A stretch of DNA of 64,000 nucleotides, taken from NCBI RefSeq assembly GCF_009914755.1, contig NC_060935.1. One strand, 5' to 3'. The translations under genes were made by a program, and so were the position numbers. This DNA is from the human T2T-CHM13v2.0 reference genome, Homo sapiens. The notes under the pieces were generated by a model. The model did not search any database. It saw only the letters and a list, made by a program, of their open reading frames with translations, and was not told the DNA's origin. Positions 14,540-29,379 of this stretch are shown here, piece by piece. Each line of letters starts with the position of its first letter. The first letter of the stretch is position 1.

Positions 14540-16100
14540 GTGTCCCCTTTCTAGCCTATATTCTCAAAAGAGTCATCTACGTTAATGGTCTTAGATTTCT
14601 CTTCACCCTTCCTTCCCGAACCCATTCCAGTTGGCTTCCCAAATCCCATGACCCCCAACTCCACCCAAGCTGCCTGTGTCCAGTTCACCAACGTTTACCA
14701 CATACTAAATCCACGGGTCGATCCTCAGTGTTGCTTTAACCTCACCTGTTGGTGGCATGGTTCCTTGCCTTTTCTCAGTGTTAGGTGTGCCAGGGCTTGT
14801 CCCCATCCCCTTTCTCGGTCTGCACTTTGTTAATTGGTGCAGGTTCTTGCCTTTAAATACCAGCTCTCTGTCAACTCCTAAATTCGTATCTCCATCCCAA
14901 ACCTCTTTCTGGACCATCAGGATTGATGTTCAGCAGCCTGCGTGGTGTCTCCACTCCACTCCACTCAATGCAGCAGGTCCAAGCTGAGCTACTGATGTCT
15001 CCCAGAAACTTGCCCATGACCTTCCCCATCTCAGGTCACAGCGACCAGCACTTCTTGTTTCTCAGGCCCAGCCTGTGGGAGACATTCTTAAGCCCCCTTT
15101 ATTTCTCTCCCCCTACAAACAATCCACGAATTGCAACAACCCTCTCATGTCTGCTTTCCGAATACTCCCAAAAATTCAACACTTCTCACTACCTCCACCG
15201 CTGTCCCCTGAGCCAGCATCGTCTCCCATATGGATTACTGCATGGCACCAGTGATCCTTCTAAGTTATCATCACCGCCATGTTCAAACCATGCAGTGGCT
15301 CCCATTTCATTCAGAGTCAAAGCCCTGCTCTTAAAGGCCCTGCATGATCAGGCCCCTGTATCTCTCCGTCCTCATCTCCTGCCTTCTTGCCATCACCTCC
15401 CACGCTGTCCTCCTAGCCTTTCCTTGGACACCAGGGACACCAGGTCATGCTCCTTCCTGAGGGCCTTGGTACGAGCTGCTCTGTCTGCTTGGACAGTGCT
15501 TCCTCCAGGTTCTATCTTGGTTCGCTTGCATGGAGAACTCCCACTGTGTTCCGATCTTTGTTCAGCTAATGTCTTTCCGGGGAGACCGCCTCTCTGCAGA
15601 CCCCTCCCCACCACATTCCCAGTCCTCCTTCCCTTATTACTTTTTTTTTTTTTTTTTTTTTGAGATGGAGTCTCACTCTGTTGCCCGGGCTGGAGTGCAG
15701 TGGAATGATCTTGGCTCACTGCAACCTCCACTTTCAGGGTTCAAGCAATTTCTGGCTAATTTTTGTATTTTTAGTAGAGACGGGGTTTCACCATGTTGGC
15801 CAGACTGGTCTTGAACACCTGATCTCAAATGATCTGCCTGTCTCAGCCTCTCAAAGTGCTGGGATTACAGGCGTGAGTCACTGGGCCTGGCTCCCTTATT
15901 ACTTTTTAAATTTTTGCAATGGAGTTTACTACCTTTGAATATACTCTACAGTTTACTTATTCATTCTGTTAAGTTTTATTGTCTTTCTTCCCTAGCTAGA
16001 ACAGAAATTTCAAAGAGAAGAGATCTTTGTTCTGTCCACTGATACATCCCAAGCATGTGAAACAGTGTTCAGTATGTTGTTTATGGTCATTAAAATTTGT
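14540..16100. mobile_element. L2 remnant interrupted by an Alu
   Basis: L2-like phrases (aaggccctgcatgatc, gttctgtccactgatacatccc); boundaries approximate. Confidence 0.55.
15641..15890 (-). mobile_element. Alu with internal deletion
   Basis: caagcaatttctggctaattt junction removes ~50 nt; TSD cccttattac. Confidence 0.9.
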
Positions 16101-17011
16101 CATTTACTTTTTAATAAATACAATGCTGCAGAATTAGATCTTTGGCTATTAGGCCTTCAAAGGCTGAGCCTACAAAATGATAGTTAGGCTTGGTAAGGCC
16201 AAAGATCAAGTTCTGTGCATCCTTATCGGATGTGCACAGGCCCCTTCCAGTCCCACTCACATATCTTTGGGGCTGAAAAGCTTTGTCTACTTCCTTTATC
16301 TTAAATCTGCCTTCTCTTTTCTTTTTCCTAGGCCAAATCTCCATTCCAGGACTTTCTATTTTGTTTTGGCTAGGGTTGAAATGGCCCTCATTTATTCCCA
16401 GGAATTCTCCTGTGCTCTGAATTTCTTTGTTCAAGACCCCTGGCAACTTGACATCATAACTGGACTTTGCTTCTCCTGAGGGGAGGGTGGATGGGGGTTG
16501 CTGGACAGAGGTGTCTGTCCATAAGGAGGAGGTGGGGAGGAGAGGGTTATATCTTGGTCCAGGGGCCCAAGTGACTGTACTATCGTAGAAGCCACATTTT
16601 TCATCTTATTCTCATGACTAAAAGAAATTTTGCCAATGTTTTCCTAAAATTCAGATATCCTGTGTTTAAAGCATTAGCAGAGTGCCCTCAAAAATGAGTT
16701 ACGTGAATGAATAACTGATCTGTAAACCTGTTACCTATTAAAAATAAAAAGTGAAACAGCAAATGAGACTAGTTTGACATGATCGCTTTTCCCACGTGAC
16801 TTCACTGTACTGATTTTGAGCGAGTGTGGTTTTTATTCTCCTGTGTGTGCATTTTGTATGTGTTTCGGTTTCCCGCTGATTATCTGTGATACAGGAATTT
16901 TCAAGGAAGGAACTGTGCCCTCTGGGTCTGTTGGAGCTCTGACTTAGAGCAATGGAAATGGCACACCAACAAGATTTAACTTTTTTAAAAAGCATTTCTT
17001 GTATTTTCTAA

Positions 17012-17536
<525 letters not shown>

Positions 17537-17561
17537 TAATGTTTTAAAAAACAAAAGTCTC

Positions 17562-17865
<304 letters not shown>

Positions 17866-19199
17866 CTATGAGCAAGACGCATCTCGGGTTAGTGCTAACT
17901 TTGTAGCATTCTGTGGTATCATTAAGCCCAGATAAAGTAAAATTGTTCCTAGACTGTGAGCAGGGTGTGTCCCTAGTTCTGAACATCCCACAAGGTTAAG
18001 GGGAAATTTTTTTGAAAACACTCAGTTATGTATATTTTTCTCGCACAAATAAAAACGAAGGATACAAGGGTGGGCCAAGGAGTTCACGGTTTTCACAACC
18101 CATGTTAAGTTTTTGCTAACGTTTGAAGAAAAATGGAGATGCTTGTATTGCTTAAACCATTTGAGAATTCCCTTATATTTGATAGATTCTGCCACTGTTC
18201 AACGTGACCAGAAGTGAGAGGATGAATGTGGGGTGCATGTCTTTCGGATGGTCCCCTGCAGGCAAAGGGGCTAGCCTTTGACAATTTCTCCACACGCTTC
18301 GGGGCTAGCTGGTATATTCCAATTAAACCAACATGTTTCCATCACAGACTTCATAGCCATCAAGCAATCATAGCCTTACCCAATGGAGAAAAGGAGCGGG
18401 CTTGGAGCGCGTCCACGGGAGTGGGCCTCCCTCTGCGCGCCTCTGGGAATGTTTGCGGTGCTTAAGTCAGACCCGGATTGCTCCAAGCCCAGCTTATCCT
18501 CCCCAGTTCTGCCAGGGTTTTTTTCCTCTTGTTTGTTCGTTTGTTTTTGCCTCTCTTTGATTTAACTTTTGCTCCTTGACTAAATATGTGCTTAACGCTA
18601 GACAAAGGACACTTCATACCCAAGTCTGTGTCTTTGTTCCAAGATCTGCAATTTCATTTGGTTCCTGTCGGCTTTACAAGTTCAAAACTATGCCCCCGTT
18701 TAGGAAATGAATTCAAAGCATGCGGCAAGGGAGACATTCGACAAACCCGGATGCTCTGGAAAACGTTGCCCTTCCTCGAGTTTCTTTCAGTAAAATCTGA
18801 ATTTTGTTCCCGGGAGGAGTTGGGTTTGTGATTGCTACAGTGTAAGTTGCACCGAAATACTACATCATGTTCTTTGGGACATACATTCTGTTTCAGAATA
18901 AGAATGATATTCTTCCTTTCCTAAAATGTGAGAGTTTTATATGGACCTTTTTAAAATAAAAAATTGGAAGCCCTTGGAGTCAAGGCCAGAGTAAGACTCG
19001 CAGAAACCAAAGACAGAAAATATTTGGAACCCCCCCTCCTCAGACATGAACCACACTGAAATGTGTCCAGATACAATTCTTCAAAATCCTGGCTTTTCAC
19101 AGGATGATTTGTTATTGAAAAAGTTGTTTGCTTCAGAATCTGAATTGTTTTAAAAGATTCTGTTGGTTGCCCCTGCTTTGCGGACGCCTTTTGTACGTT

Positions 19200-20300
19200 C
19201 TTCCTGATGTAGCGCTGCGAGGGGCGACTTTACCTCGGCGTTTGACAGGTACGCAGCATTCCCGCACCCGCCTGCGCCTCGCGAGCAGAAAGACGGCGGA
19301 CTCTGCACCGCTCCACGACACTGGGGACCCGCCCCGGCCAGACCCCTCCCCTACCGAGACCTTGTCCCCGCCCCGCCCCTGGCCGGGGCCCCGCCCCGCC
19401 AGCCCCGCCCCCGCCAGCCCCCTCTCCTACCGAGACCTCGTCCCCGCCCACCAGCCCCGCCCCGCCCCCCCCCCCGACAGAGGCCCCGCCCCGGCCCCGG
19501 CCAGCCCCGCCCCCGCTTGCGCGAGGCCTAGGGCTGCAGGCGCGGAGCCGCGAGCCCCAGCCAATGAGCGCCGGCGGGCCGGTTGCCCAGGCGACCAGCG
19601 CGCGGCTCCGCCCCCCGCGGCGAGGCTCCCGCGCGCGGCTGAGTGCGGACTGGAGTGGGAACCCGGGTCCCCGCGCTTAGAGAACACGCGATGACCACGT
19701 GGAGCCTCCGGCGGAGGCCGGCCCGCACGCTGGGACTCCTGCTGCTGGTCGTCTTGGGCTTCCTGGTGCTCCGCAGGTGAGAGAGAGCTTCGCGCAGCAC
19801 CTGCCGGACCCCACATTCCCCAGCCCTCCGCACCTCGGGTTCTCTCCTCCCGCGACCCGCGAATCCCGAGTTCCCGGGGGGAGCAGCCCCAGCTGCTTCT
19901 TTCTGGGAGCTCCCCAATACCCCCGAGTTCCCCTGCGGCTGCAGGCACTCTACTCCTGCCGCGCGATCCAGGCCTCTGGGCGACACCCGGCGTGCCCTCG
20001 GGAGCCGGCGTCTGTGCCCCGAGCCGCCCACCCCGCCGCGCCTGTGACGCCGGGCTCTGCCCCCCGTGGACGCCCGCAGCCCTCCAGCCGTCAGAGCCCT
20101 CTCAGACGCACCCCATCGCGGCCCCGTCCCCACTGCTCCGCGGAGAGCTCCCTCTGCCCTTCCCCCAGGCCCCCCTTTTCCTCCCAAGCCTCTGGGAGGC
20201 GCCTTATTCCGCAGAGGCCGGCGCTTCAGCCTGGCAGGTATGGTCTAGCCAGCTGGCCTGGCAGGGTCGTAAGAACAGTGTCCGTGGGCCTCCAAGATCC
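19200..20300 (+). promoter_or_regulatory. GLB1L2: GLB1L2 CpG-island promoter with many GC boxes and a CCAAT box
   Basis: CpG-dense; repeated ccccgccc at 19327-19516; agccaatga at 19559-19567. Confidence 0.88.
19691..19776 (+). CDS. GLB1L2: GLB1L2 exon 1 ([28 protein letters not shown]..)
   Basis: ATG at 19691, hydrophobic signal/anchor, donor CAG|GTGAGA. Confidence 0.93.
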
Positions 20301-23300
20301 CGGGCCATGATTTATTTGCACAGTAGGACTGATAGGTCGTCTCTCTCCACTTTCCCACCATTCACCTGTTACCAGCTCACCCTTTCCTCTCCCCCTTTTC
20401 CAAATGTTGTTTATGGCAAAGGAGTGGCTTCAGTGATACTGTGATTTACCCACAGCCTGTGAAAAAGTTTTCTGGGTGCCCTAGCCCAGCATTTTTCTAA
20501 ACTGTGCTTATTTTAAGGATTCTACAGCCCTGACCCTATCTTTCAGGTCAGCACTTTCCATATTCAAAACCTCCAGTGGGAAGCCGACCGGCAGTATCGA
20601 ATGAACTGAACGGTTGGAAGTGGTGGCAGGCCCTACGCCGCTCGGCTTTGTCATTTGCTTCTTTTTTACTTAGAGAAACTAAGTTCTTAGTTTCTCTGCA
20701 CTTCCCCTGGGAGACAGGGAAGTTTTTGATGGAGATAAATATCTGGAAGTCCTTTGTGGCCAGAAGAACACACTGACAAACTCTATGTTTACACCTTGTC
20801 AAGACTGGATTCTTGTTTCTGAGATAGTGGGGACGTCATGATATTGTTTGGGAGAAGGACGGATTTTCTTCTCATTCTGGGGCCCAGAAAACTTCAGGCA
20901 TTTAACTTCTCCGGTTGTTCCCAAGATGTTTTCTGTCCTGCCTAAGATCTCTAAGCCATTCCTCTCTGAAGATTGGCCCTGGCTCCTGTGGGATGCTCAG
21001 CTTTCCTCCCTGTGCAAGGCTTACGCAAACCCCAGAAGAATTACTCAGAGCAGCGGCAGCAGATCCTCCTGCATACAGCAGGGTAGCAAGGCGTGCAAGC
21101 TGCCAAGAGAAAGGCTAGCGGCTGCAGGCCTGTTGTTGATCAGGGATACAGGAGTCCGTGCAGGGGACCCAGGCAGGTCACTATTTGGGGCAGCACTGTG
21201 GGCTTGAGATGGGCTGAGTGGTACACCCAAAAAGTCCCCAGGAAAAGGTATGCGAAGGAGGCTGAGGGTTTGCTATTGTTTGGTGGGACAGAGGTGAGGT
21301 GGCAGGGAGCTGACCTAGCTGGGAAGACGCCTGAGCTTCTTTGAGGTGAGGTAACTGTGTCCCCACCTAGGTGGGGTGACCGCACTAGGAGTCAGTCTTG
21401 GGCCATTGGAGCAGGTGGAATGGCAACAGAGAATAAAGAGCTGCAACCAAATTCTGTGAAAACAGTTTGGCATGCCTGGGAAGGATGTTTTTCTTGCCTC
21501 TCCATCCTTCTAGCAGGTAGAACAGAAGCTCAAGGAGCTCTGAACCAAGTTCAGGGCCGTGTCTTCAGATCCTGTGGAATACGTGTCTTTTTGGCATCTT
21601 TTTGATTTTTTCACCCTCATGGGTACATTCTGCCAGTTCCTCCTGTCTGACTTGGGCTGGACACCAGTGAGTATGAGTTGCTGTAATATCTCTGGAGGCA
21701 GGAGGAGAACATCCTCTTTGTCTTTCCCTCTTCCTGTCTTGCCCCAGCTCTGACTGGGTCATTAACTGAGTGGGAGGTGGGGCCTCTCCCAGCTGTTACT
21801 GGGCAGTGTTGAGGTGGCCAGTGGAATATAGGTCACGTGGAAACTGGCCACCAAGTTCACTCTTTGTGGAGCCGAGCTGTCAGGAGCAGCCCCTTTCCTG
21901 TAGCAGAAGGCAGGTATTTGGACAGTGGCTGGCATGGGCTGGGGGATGTTTGGCTATAGCTTTTCTTTTTTTTCATCAACTTTTCCTTGGGCTGGTTCAC
22001 GGTCAGTCATAGCTGGTGGGTTACATCATATCAAAAGACTAGGATGACCAGGTTGACTTTTGGGGAGGATTTCAGTCTTAGAATTTTTATTTTTATTTTT
22101 TTTAAGCGTAAACAGTGGTCTTTCTTAAAAATTACCTTTATTGGAGTTTAATTAATATGTACAATTTGATAAGCTTTGACACATATCTAAATCCAGCTGT
22201 GAATCTATCACCACAGTTAAGATTGTGAAAACAGCCACCAGCCCCCAAAGTTTCCATGTACCTCTCTGTCATCCCTCCCTCCTACTCCTCCCTGCTCCCC
22301 AGCCCCAAGCAACCACTGATCTGTTGCTTTCCGACACGATATATTGGTTTGCATTTTCTAGTGTTTTATAGAATTGTAATCTTAAAGCATGTTTTCCTTT
22401 TTGGTCTGGCTTCTTTCACTCAGAGTATTATTTTGAGGTCTGCGATGCACGTATCAGTGCGAACCGTGCCTTTGAGCCAGTTGCCTTTCATTCTCTTCCT
22501 ATTCGCACTCCATGAACACAAGAATGCCTGCTTGATATTATCTAAAGGCATGGTTCTCATTCATGATTTTTTCCTTAATATAAATGAATCACCGAGCAAG
22601 AATACAGGCAACGCTGCATCTCTCATACCTGAAATTTTAGCTGGGAAAGTTGGGAGAGGGGAAAGCCTTCATGTGGGCAGCCAGCATCATGCTCCTAAGA
22701 GGTAAGTTCATTTCTTCTCTGAGGTCCGTCTCACACACTGCCCTGCCCTGCTGTTTTCTTTATTCCAGACCCCAAATTCTTCCTATAGAAAGGAAAAGGA
22801 GGAGATGTATCAAACTCTTTCTCCTGAACAAGGTGGCTAACTTAGCAATGCAGGTCACTTTTTTTTTTTTTTTATGTGAATCATGGCCAGTCCTGTCTTC
22901 CAAGGGTATGTGGCCAAATCATGCCTCTCCTCTGGAGCTTCTGGGAGGTAATTGATTTTATGGGCCTTGCCTATTCTAGGACTCTTCTCTGCTTGAGGCC
23001 TGAGTCATATTTCATGGAATGTTCAAACTCTTTGAACAGTGTTCCTTTCATCTTGTAGTAGTAAAGTTTTCAGCATCGGGGAAGTGTCTCTTTCAGCAGG
23101 TGATCACCTGTTGGATACAGGTGTTGAGGGATGTCTGAATCACCCTGTGCTAGGAAGATCGAGTTGGCTCTGGGATTCTTACAGGACCATGCTAGCCACC
23201 AGCAGAAGGAGACCAGAGTTGTCTTGGAGCAGCCATAGTATTGGTATAGGTGTGATTCAAGGGAGGGACTGGGCTACCAAGAAGATTGGAGACAAAGAGC

Positions 23301-26300
23301 CTGGGCTGCAGAAATAGCAGAAAGTTGACCAAAGGGTTCTTCCCACCTTAAGGTAAGGAAGTGGCAAGTGAAATAAAAACATGTAGTCCTTGATGAAGTG
23401 GTGCAGAGTTCCACGAGGTCATGTCAGACGCTCTTCTGGGAAGAATTCAGGAGATGCTGTAGCTTGCGGAGAAAGGTTTGAGAACATTTGGACCTGAAAA
23501 GGACTCTGGGGTCTAGGCACGTCCTCCCTCCCTCCCTCTCCACCATCACCAGCAGGGGCAGGGTTTTTTGGTGTCAATGTTGGGATATTTGCTGCTTCCT
23601 CTCCACTCAGTTTTAGCTTTTGCTTAAATCTATTGCTCTGGATATTAAAGACCGTATTGAAAAAGAGTTCTCATGTGTGGATGTCTCCTGGGATAGAAAG
23701 GCAGCAGGTGTTTTTAGAGGCTCCTGCTAATGAGGTAGATATTTCTTGACTCGTGTCTGCCTGTTAGAGACTCCTTGTTGATACTCACAGCTTCTGTTCT
23801 TTGACACTCAGCGAAACAGTCAGTGGGCTTGTTCCTTTCAAGCACAGATTGTATTTTTTTCCCTTAAGAAGTTATTTTGTGAGTAGGCAATTAATGAACA
23901 TGGTAAGTATTCAGAGTGTGAAGGGGAATAAAGTGAAAAGAAACTCCCATTCCTGGCCCCTAGGCTAGGCACCCTTCCCTATCCCCTATTCATATCAGCT
24001 GTTACTACTGGTAATGGCTTCTTTCAGAAATATTCTATGCATATACAAGAAGATAGCTACACATATTATCCCACTTGTCCATTAGACACATAATTTATTT
24101 AAACAGCCTTCTACTGATGGACATCGATTGTTTGCAATCTTTTAGCTACTGTAAACAAAGCTGCTGCAGATATCTGTTGGATGTATTTCTATAAGTAGAA
24201 TTGCTGACCGTAGGATAGATTCATTTTAAATCTTGATAGACATTTCCAAATAGTACATTTTATTTCTGTTGGATCAATGTAAAGGAGATTCCGAGCCCAA
24301 CTCAATAGGGCCAAGTCGATTCTTGAGTCTTGTAAGAGCCAGTGCATCTCTTGTATATCTTCATAGATAAGTCCTATGTGGTGGATTAAAAAAAATTTAA
24401 CATAATAATGTTTTTCCGTATTTGTGATATCATTTCATTTAGAGTCTACAAGCATCTTGAAGATCAGGGGCTTGTTATCAAGAGTAGAGGCCTTGTGTTA
24501 TCTAACAGAGCTTTCTCTCTGGGTGAGACACAGCCCTTTTCCTGTTTATGATGCTGTCAATGGTCCCAAAGTACTGCAAAAGTACAGAGTAACAGAATGT
24601 TAGAACACTTTTTGTTGTTGTTATTGTTGTTATATGGTTGATTAGAGTGAGGGGTTTTTGTTACTTTACTATTGGATCTCAAGGTTTTGGTCTAGTAAAC
24701 TCTTCTTCATGTACTCACTTCCTACAGTCTTTAGGAAATAACTGCTCTCTGAACCACCAATATTGCTTCCGGGTCAGAGCCTGGATGTGAGGCCAGGGTT
24801 CCTGCCTTACCTGGGAGCCTTTTCAGAGGAAAAAGCAGAGGAGCTAGGATGGCAAGAGTGCTGTGGACCTCTTGCTGGGGACCTCACATCTCTGCAAGAT
24901 GCATATACTTGCCTTGGGAATGGCAGGCCAAAGCCCTTGGGCGTATTTAATGCCTCTCCCAGCAAACAGGAGTCCAACACCTTGGGCCCAGACCAAGGAG
25001 CACATATAGAAAGCTGGGCCAGAAACAGGGACCGACTTCCATTTCCCTGAGGCTGAAGTTCCTGGAGCCCGGGGATTGGTCCAAGAGGCAATATTTTGGA
25101 GTAGAGGCATTAAGGGCACCATCTGGGCCAAAGAGTGAATAGTTCCTTCTTCAGGCCCTCAAATTCTTTTGCTGAGGGTGGAGAGAACATGGCTGAAGGC
25201 TGCTGGGACCAAAATATCCCCAAACAGACAGTTTAGGGCAGCAGGATGTCCAAGGAAGTTGAGCCTCATGGGAGCCTAGAACCGAACCAGAATCCTGAGA
25301 GTGATGAAGTCTGCACTGAAGACACATCCAAGTGAGGAATTCCCATGTGTTTGATGTCTTTGTGGGCAGCTGAACACACTTGCCATCACATGGTGGCCTC
25401 TGGCATGGCCACTTGGAGGAGGGTGGAGGTGAGTGTTTTCTTGGTCAGGATCTTCATGGGATGCCCTGGATTTGGATTCAGTTGAACCTCTGTTTAGGAA
25501 GGCCCTAATAGGGCCACAGTGTACCTAAAAATTGAATTTGTAAGCTATCGTCTCAGATGAACAAGTATGTGAACACGTTATGTTATAGCATCAAAATAAC
25601 CAGCCTTTGGGGCCGGCAAGGACTTATGTTCTGGGAATCGAAGGACAATGATTGCAGTTCCTGACTCAGATACCAGCTTGCGTATGCTGGTGGCCAGCCT
25701 CGGACTGCGTGAGTGCTGCCTGGTCTCCACCGGCGGTCATCGTACTCCGGATGTTCACGGCACTCCGGATGTTCTGCTGTGCCCGGTTGCATGGATCCTG
25801 GCCTATCTGTGTCTGGTCATACTCTGCATGGCAGACCAGAAAGAGATGACTGTGACCCCAGTGAGGCCTCCCAGCTGTACCATGACCCCGGTTCCTGATG
25901 AGTGTTTGCAGGATTGACGGGTGATGCAGGGATGCCCGCTGGCATGGCAGGACGCATTTCAAGCCTGGCACACTTCACTCAAGGAGATCCTTTCTGGTGG
26001 TGACAGGATCTGGCTCACCTCCCACCCAGCCGCCCTGCAAGATCCCCTCTGAAACTTGACAGCCAGTCCCATTCCCAGAAAGAGGTGGTGACCTTGCCAC
26101 CTGCTCATCTGCCCTTTTCCATCCACTCACATCCGGGAGCACTTTTTACTACACCTGGAATCTCCTGCCTGCTGGGGCCTGCCCTGTACCCTTCATCCTC
26201 AGGACCCACCTCACCAGTCAAGGAAAAATTACTCCAGAGGGCTCCACCTCCCCCTGCTTCCTCACCACGGGGCACAGCAGAACTTGGTACCTATGTCCTC

Positions 26301-28291
26301 TGCTTCAGGTTTCCATTGCAACCAATTTTTGTGTCTGCAGCTTGCCCAGCCTTCAGCACGAATAGTGCATGCCCCTTTTCCACTTGCCAAAAGGGAACTG
26401 GTGAGGATGGGCTGTAGAGGTCTTGTTAGGTTGTGCGCGGCCCCATCAGAAGTCCTGATGTGCCTGCCTTCCTCCAGGAACCCCACCTTGGACCATGACC
26501 ACGGCCACCCTCTCCATCCAGGTGGAGGAGCGGAGCCTGACTCTGAGCAGAGCAGACCTGGGCACTGAGCACTGAGTTCAGGGTTTGCTGTCCGGACTCT
26601 TCTAAGGTGGAAAAATCGCTTTGGATAAATGAAGCCGAGATACACAGGCAACAGGAATCCTAGCAGAAAGTGTTAACATAAGCTCCAGTTCAAAAGAAGG
26701 CAGGTGTTCCTGGTTTCATCAGATAAAGGTCCATCGTGGATGAACTGCTCCCCAAGAAAAGTGACAGAAACACGCTGGGCTTCCTTAGGATTTGGTTAGC
26801 TGCTTGGTATCAAGCCTAATTTAGGAGTAAAGTCTTGCTGACCTTTAAACCAACCAACTCCAACCACACTGTTGATATTTCCTTTATTTTATTATTACTG
26901 AGTTACTCAGGAAATTATGGGGTTATTCTCCGTCTTATGATTATTAGTATTAATGATCATTATCAGTGTTAATAGCCATTTACATGATGCTTCGTTGTTT
27001 ATGAAGCTGTAACTCGCATGGTCTCATTTACTAGCAGTGAATTCCTTGGAGAAACCCAACACGTATCATCCTCATTTTCTTGGGGAATCCATCCCTTTTA
27101 ATAAGGTATTGACAACTTCTCTAGTAACCTACCAGAAAATTCCCATGAAGAAACAGTTGAATTCACCAGAATTTGGAATTGGATAACAGCTAGATTGTTT
27201 TTTATTCTTGTTGTTTATTTCATTCCTCTTGCTATGCACTGAGAAGAACGTTTCATTCTAAAAATATAGAAAATGGTGTGTTATAAAGACACTAGCAAAG
27301 ACAAGCTCTATCCAGGGAGGGAGTCTACGTAGTGTCCAAGGAGAAGACGCAGATTGGGCTTCTCGAGCTGTAACCTTGGGATTGGTTAGAATGCAGATTT
27401 TGATTCAGTAGGTCTCAAGTAAGGCTTAAGGTTTATGCATTTCTGACAAGCTGCGGATGAAGACCTGGAAATCTGGTTGGTGGATAGAAGTTGTTGAATT
27501 GGGATGCCTCTTTCCAGGTGTCTGCACTTTGAGTCAGGCGGCTGTGACCCTGAGGGAGTTCAGAGGTGTGGCTGTCTATAGACCACACCTGGAGAAGTCA
27601 GCCTAGAGGGAGGTTTCCTGATCCTTAGTCATCAACTAATCAAGGGGAGAGGTTAAAGGTGTTGGTTCCTAGCAGGGACTGTGTTGGAATGTCGGTCAGA
27701 GAGGCTTCTCCAACCCTGCCTACACCTCTGCATTTAGCAGGGTGGGGAGTGGAGGCTCTCGCACCCATAAGTAGATGTTAGGATAAGTAATGTGTGCTTT
27801 AATAAGAATTGGAGATTGTGCTTTTGAAGTTCTGGCTGGAGAATAAGGTTTGGTACCTGGTGGAATGATTGCTAAGTTGTATTGTCACTGTCTTTAAAAA
27901 CAGTGATATTTTGTGTGTGTGTGCATGTGCATGTGCATGTGTGTGTGTATTTTCACCACCAGGTTGTCAAAATGCCCCTGTTTTTAAGAAAATAATCTGT
28001 CCATCCAGTTCTTCCTCATTCTGGCCTGGGGTGAGCCCAGCATGTGCCTCTGAGGGAACCAGGGGGAGAACCTGTGTTGCGGCGGGCAGGTGAGTCTGGT
28101 GAGTACCTGAGGCAGGGAGGGCTGAGCAGGTGGCAGGGTGTGTGCTTTGGAGCAGGTGTGGCCTGAGCAGTTGTGAGCCTGTAGCCAAAGCAAAGCGCCT
28201 GGTGAGCAGAGCAGGGGGCACCAAAGGAAGGCCCGGACGGTGGCCCAGAGGGGCCGAGGCCTTGTCTTAGCACTCCAGGGCTTCATTTGCA

Positions 28292-28592
28292 AGGATGTGG
28301 GCCAGCAGAGTTTCTGGGAGAGGGCAGATCGCACATATTTTCAGCTTTGCAGGCCACGCAGTCTATCGCAAGTACTCAACTGCAAAAAGCCATTCGTAGA
28401 TGGCGTGGCTGTGTGCCAATACAATGATTTATGAACACTGAAGTTCATATAATTTTTTATGTGTCCCAAAATATTATGCTTTTGATTTTTTTCCAACCAC
28501 TTAAAAATGTGAAAGCTATCCTCAGCTTGCAGGCTGCACAAAGACAGATGGCAGGCTGGATTTGACCCGAGGCCCAAGTTGGCCCACCTCTG
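28292..28592. mobile_element. MER58-like hAT-Charlie MITE
   Basis: Resembles recalled MER58B consensus. Confidence 0.7.
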
Positions 28593-29379
28593 GCCTACAG
28601 GCTGTGTTGGTCTAATAGGATCTCAGTGTACAGAATCTTTCATTGTCAAATTTTAGAAATTGTCATAAGATGGCTTGGCACAAAGTCTAGCACATAAGCT
28701 ATATACCACCATGGGGAGAATGGAGAAGTTGGGATTATTCCACATTAGGGACATAAAACCCACTTGTGGCTATTCTCTCTAAAGCTTTCTCTTTGGAGAA
28801 AAAAGTGTGGTGAATAGGTTCCCATAACTCTCTAATACGCAAACACATGCTACAATAAATTGATTTCAGATAGAGATAAGACCCTTCGACTCACAGCAGA
28901 GAGTGTTGCATTTCTCCGGGACCCTCACAGCAGCCTTTCTGAGCAGTTGGGAGAGGCATTAGACTCGTTTTATAGAGGAAGAAGCTCCTGCCCACAGAAC
29001 TGGTGTCACTAACCCAAGGCGACAGTTCGACAGTTCTACCAAGCTGGGGGCCAGGATTCACATCCGGATCTTCCTATTCCAGCTAGCGTTTTTGCTGTCA
29101 CTGTCTCATACAGTCCTTTGGAAGAACTGTGTCCTAAAATGTCATTTGCAAGCCATTTACTAGAACATGGAAGTTTTCTCTTTAGAAAAAGAAAAATGTG
29201 GTGAACAGATTCCCAGGTTGCCCAAGATGAGATGACCCTTTCATCTGTAACACAGCAGAACCATAGTCCTGGAGCTTCGGTGTGAGTTCTAAGGCCCTGG
29301 GGCTGTGAGAAGTAGGAAGGAGTAGGTAAAAAAGCAAATTTCTTTGCCTGAGAGTGGCCCCAGACAAAATTCCCAAGAG

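Noticed and set aside
14923-15663. 246-aa ORF
   Set aside because: Lies in an L2 remnant and runs into Alu poly(T); no protein motif
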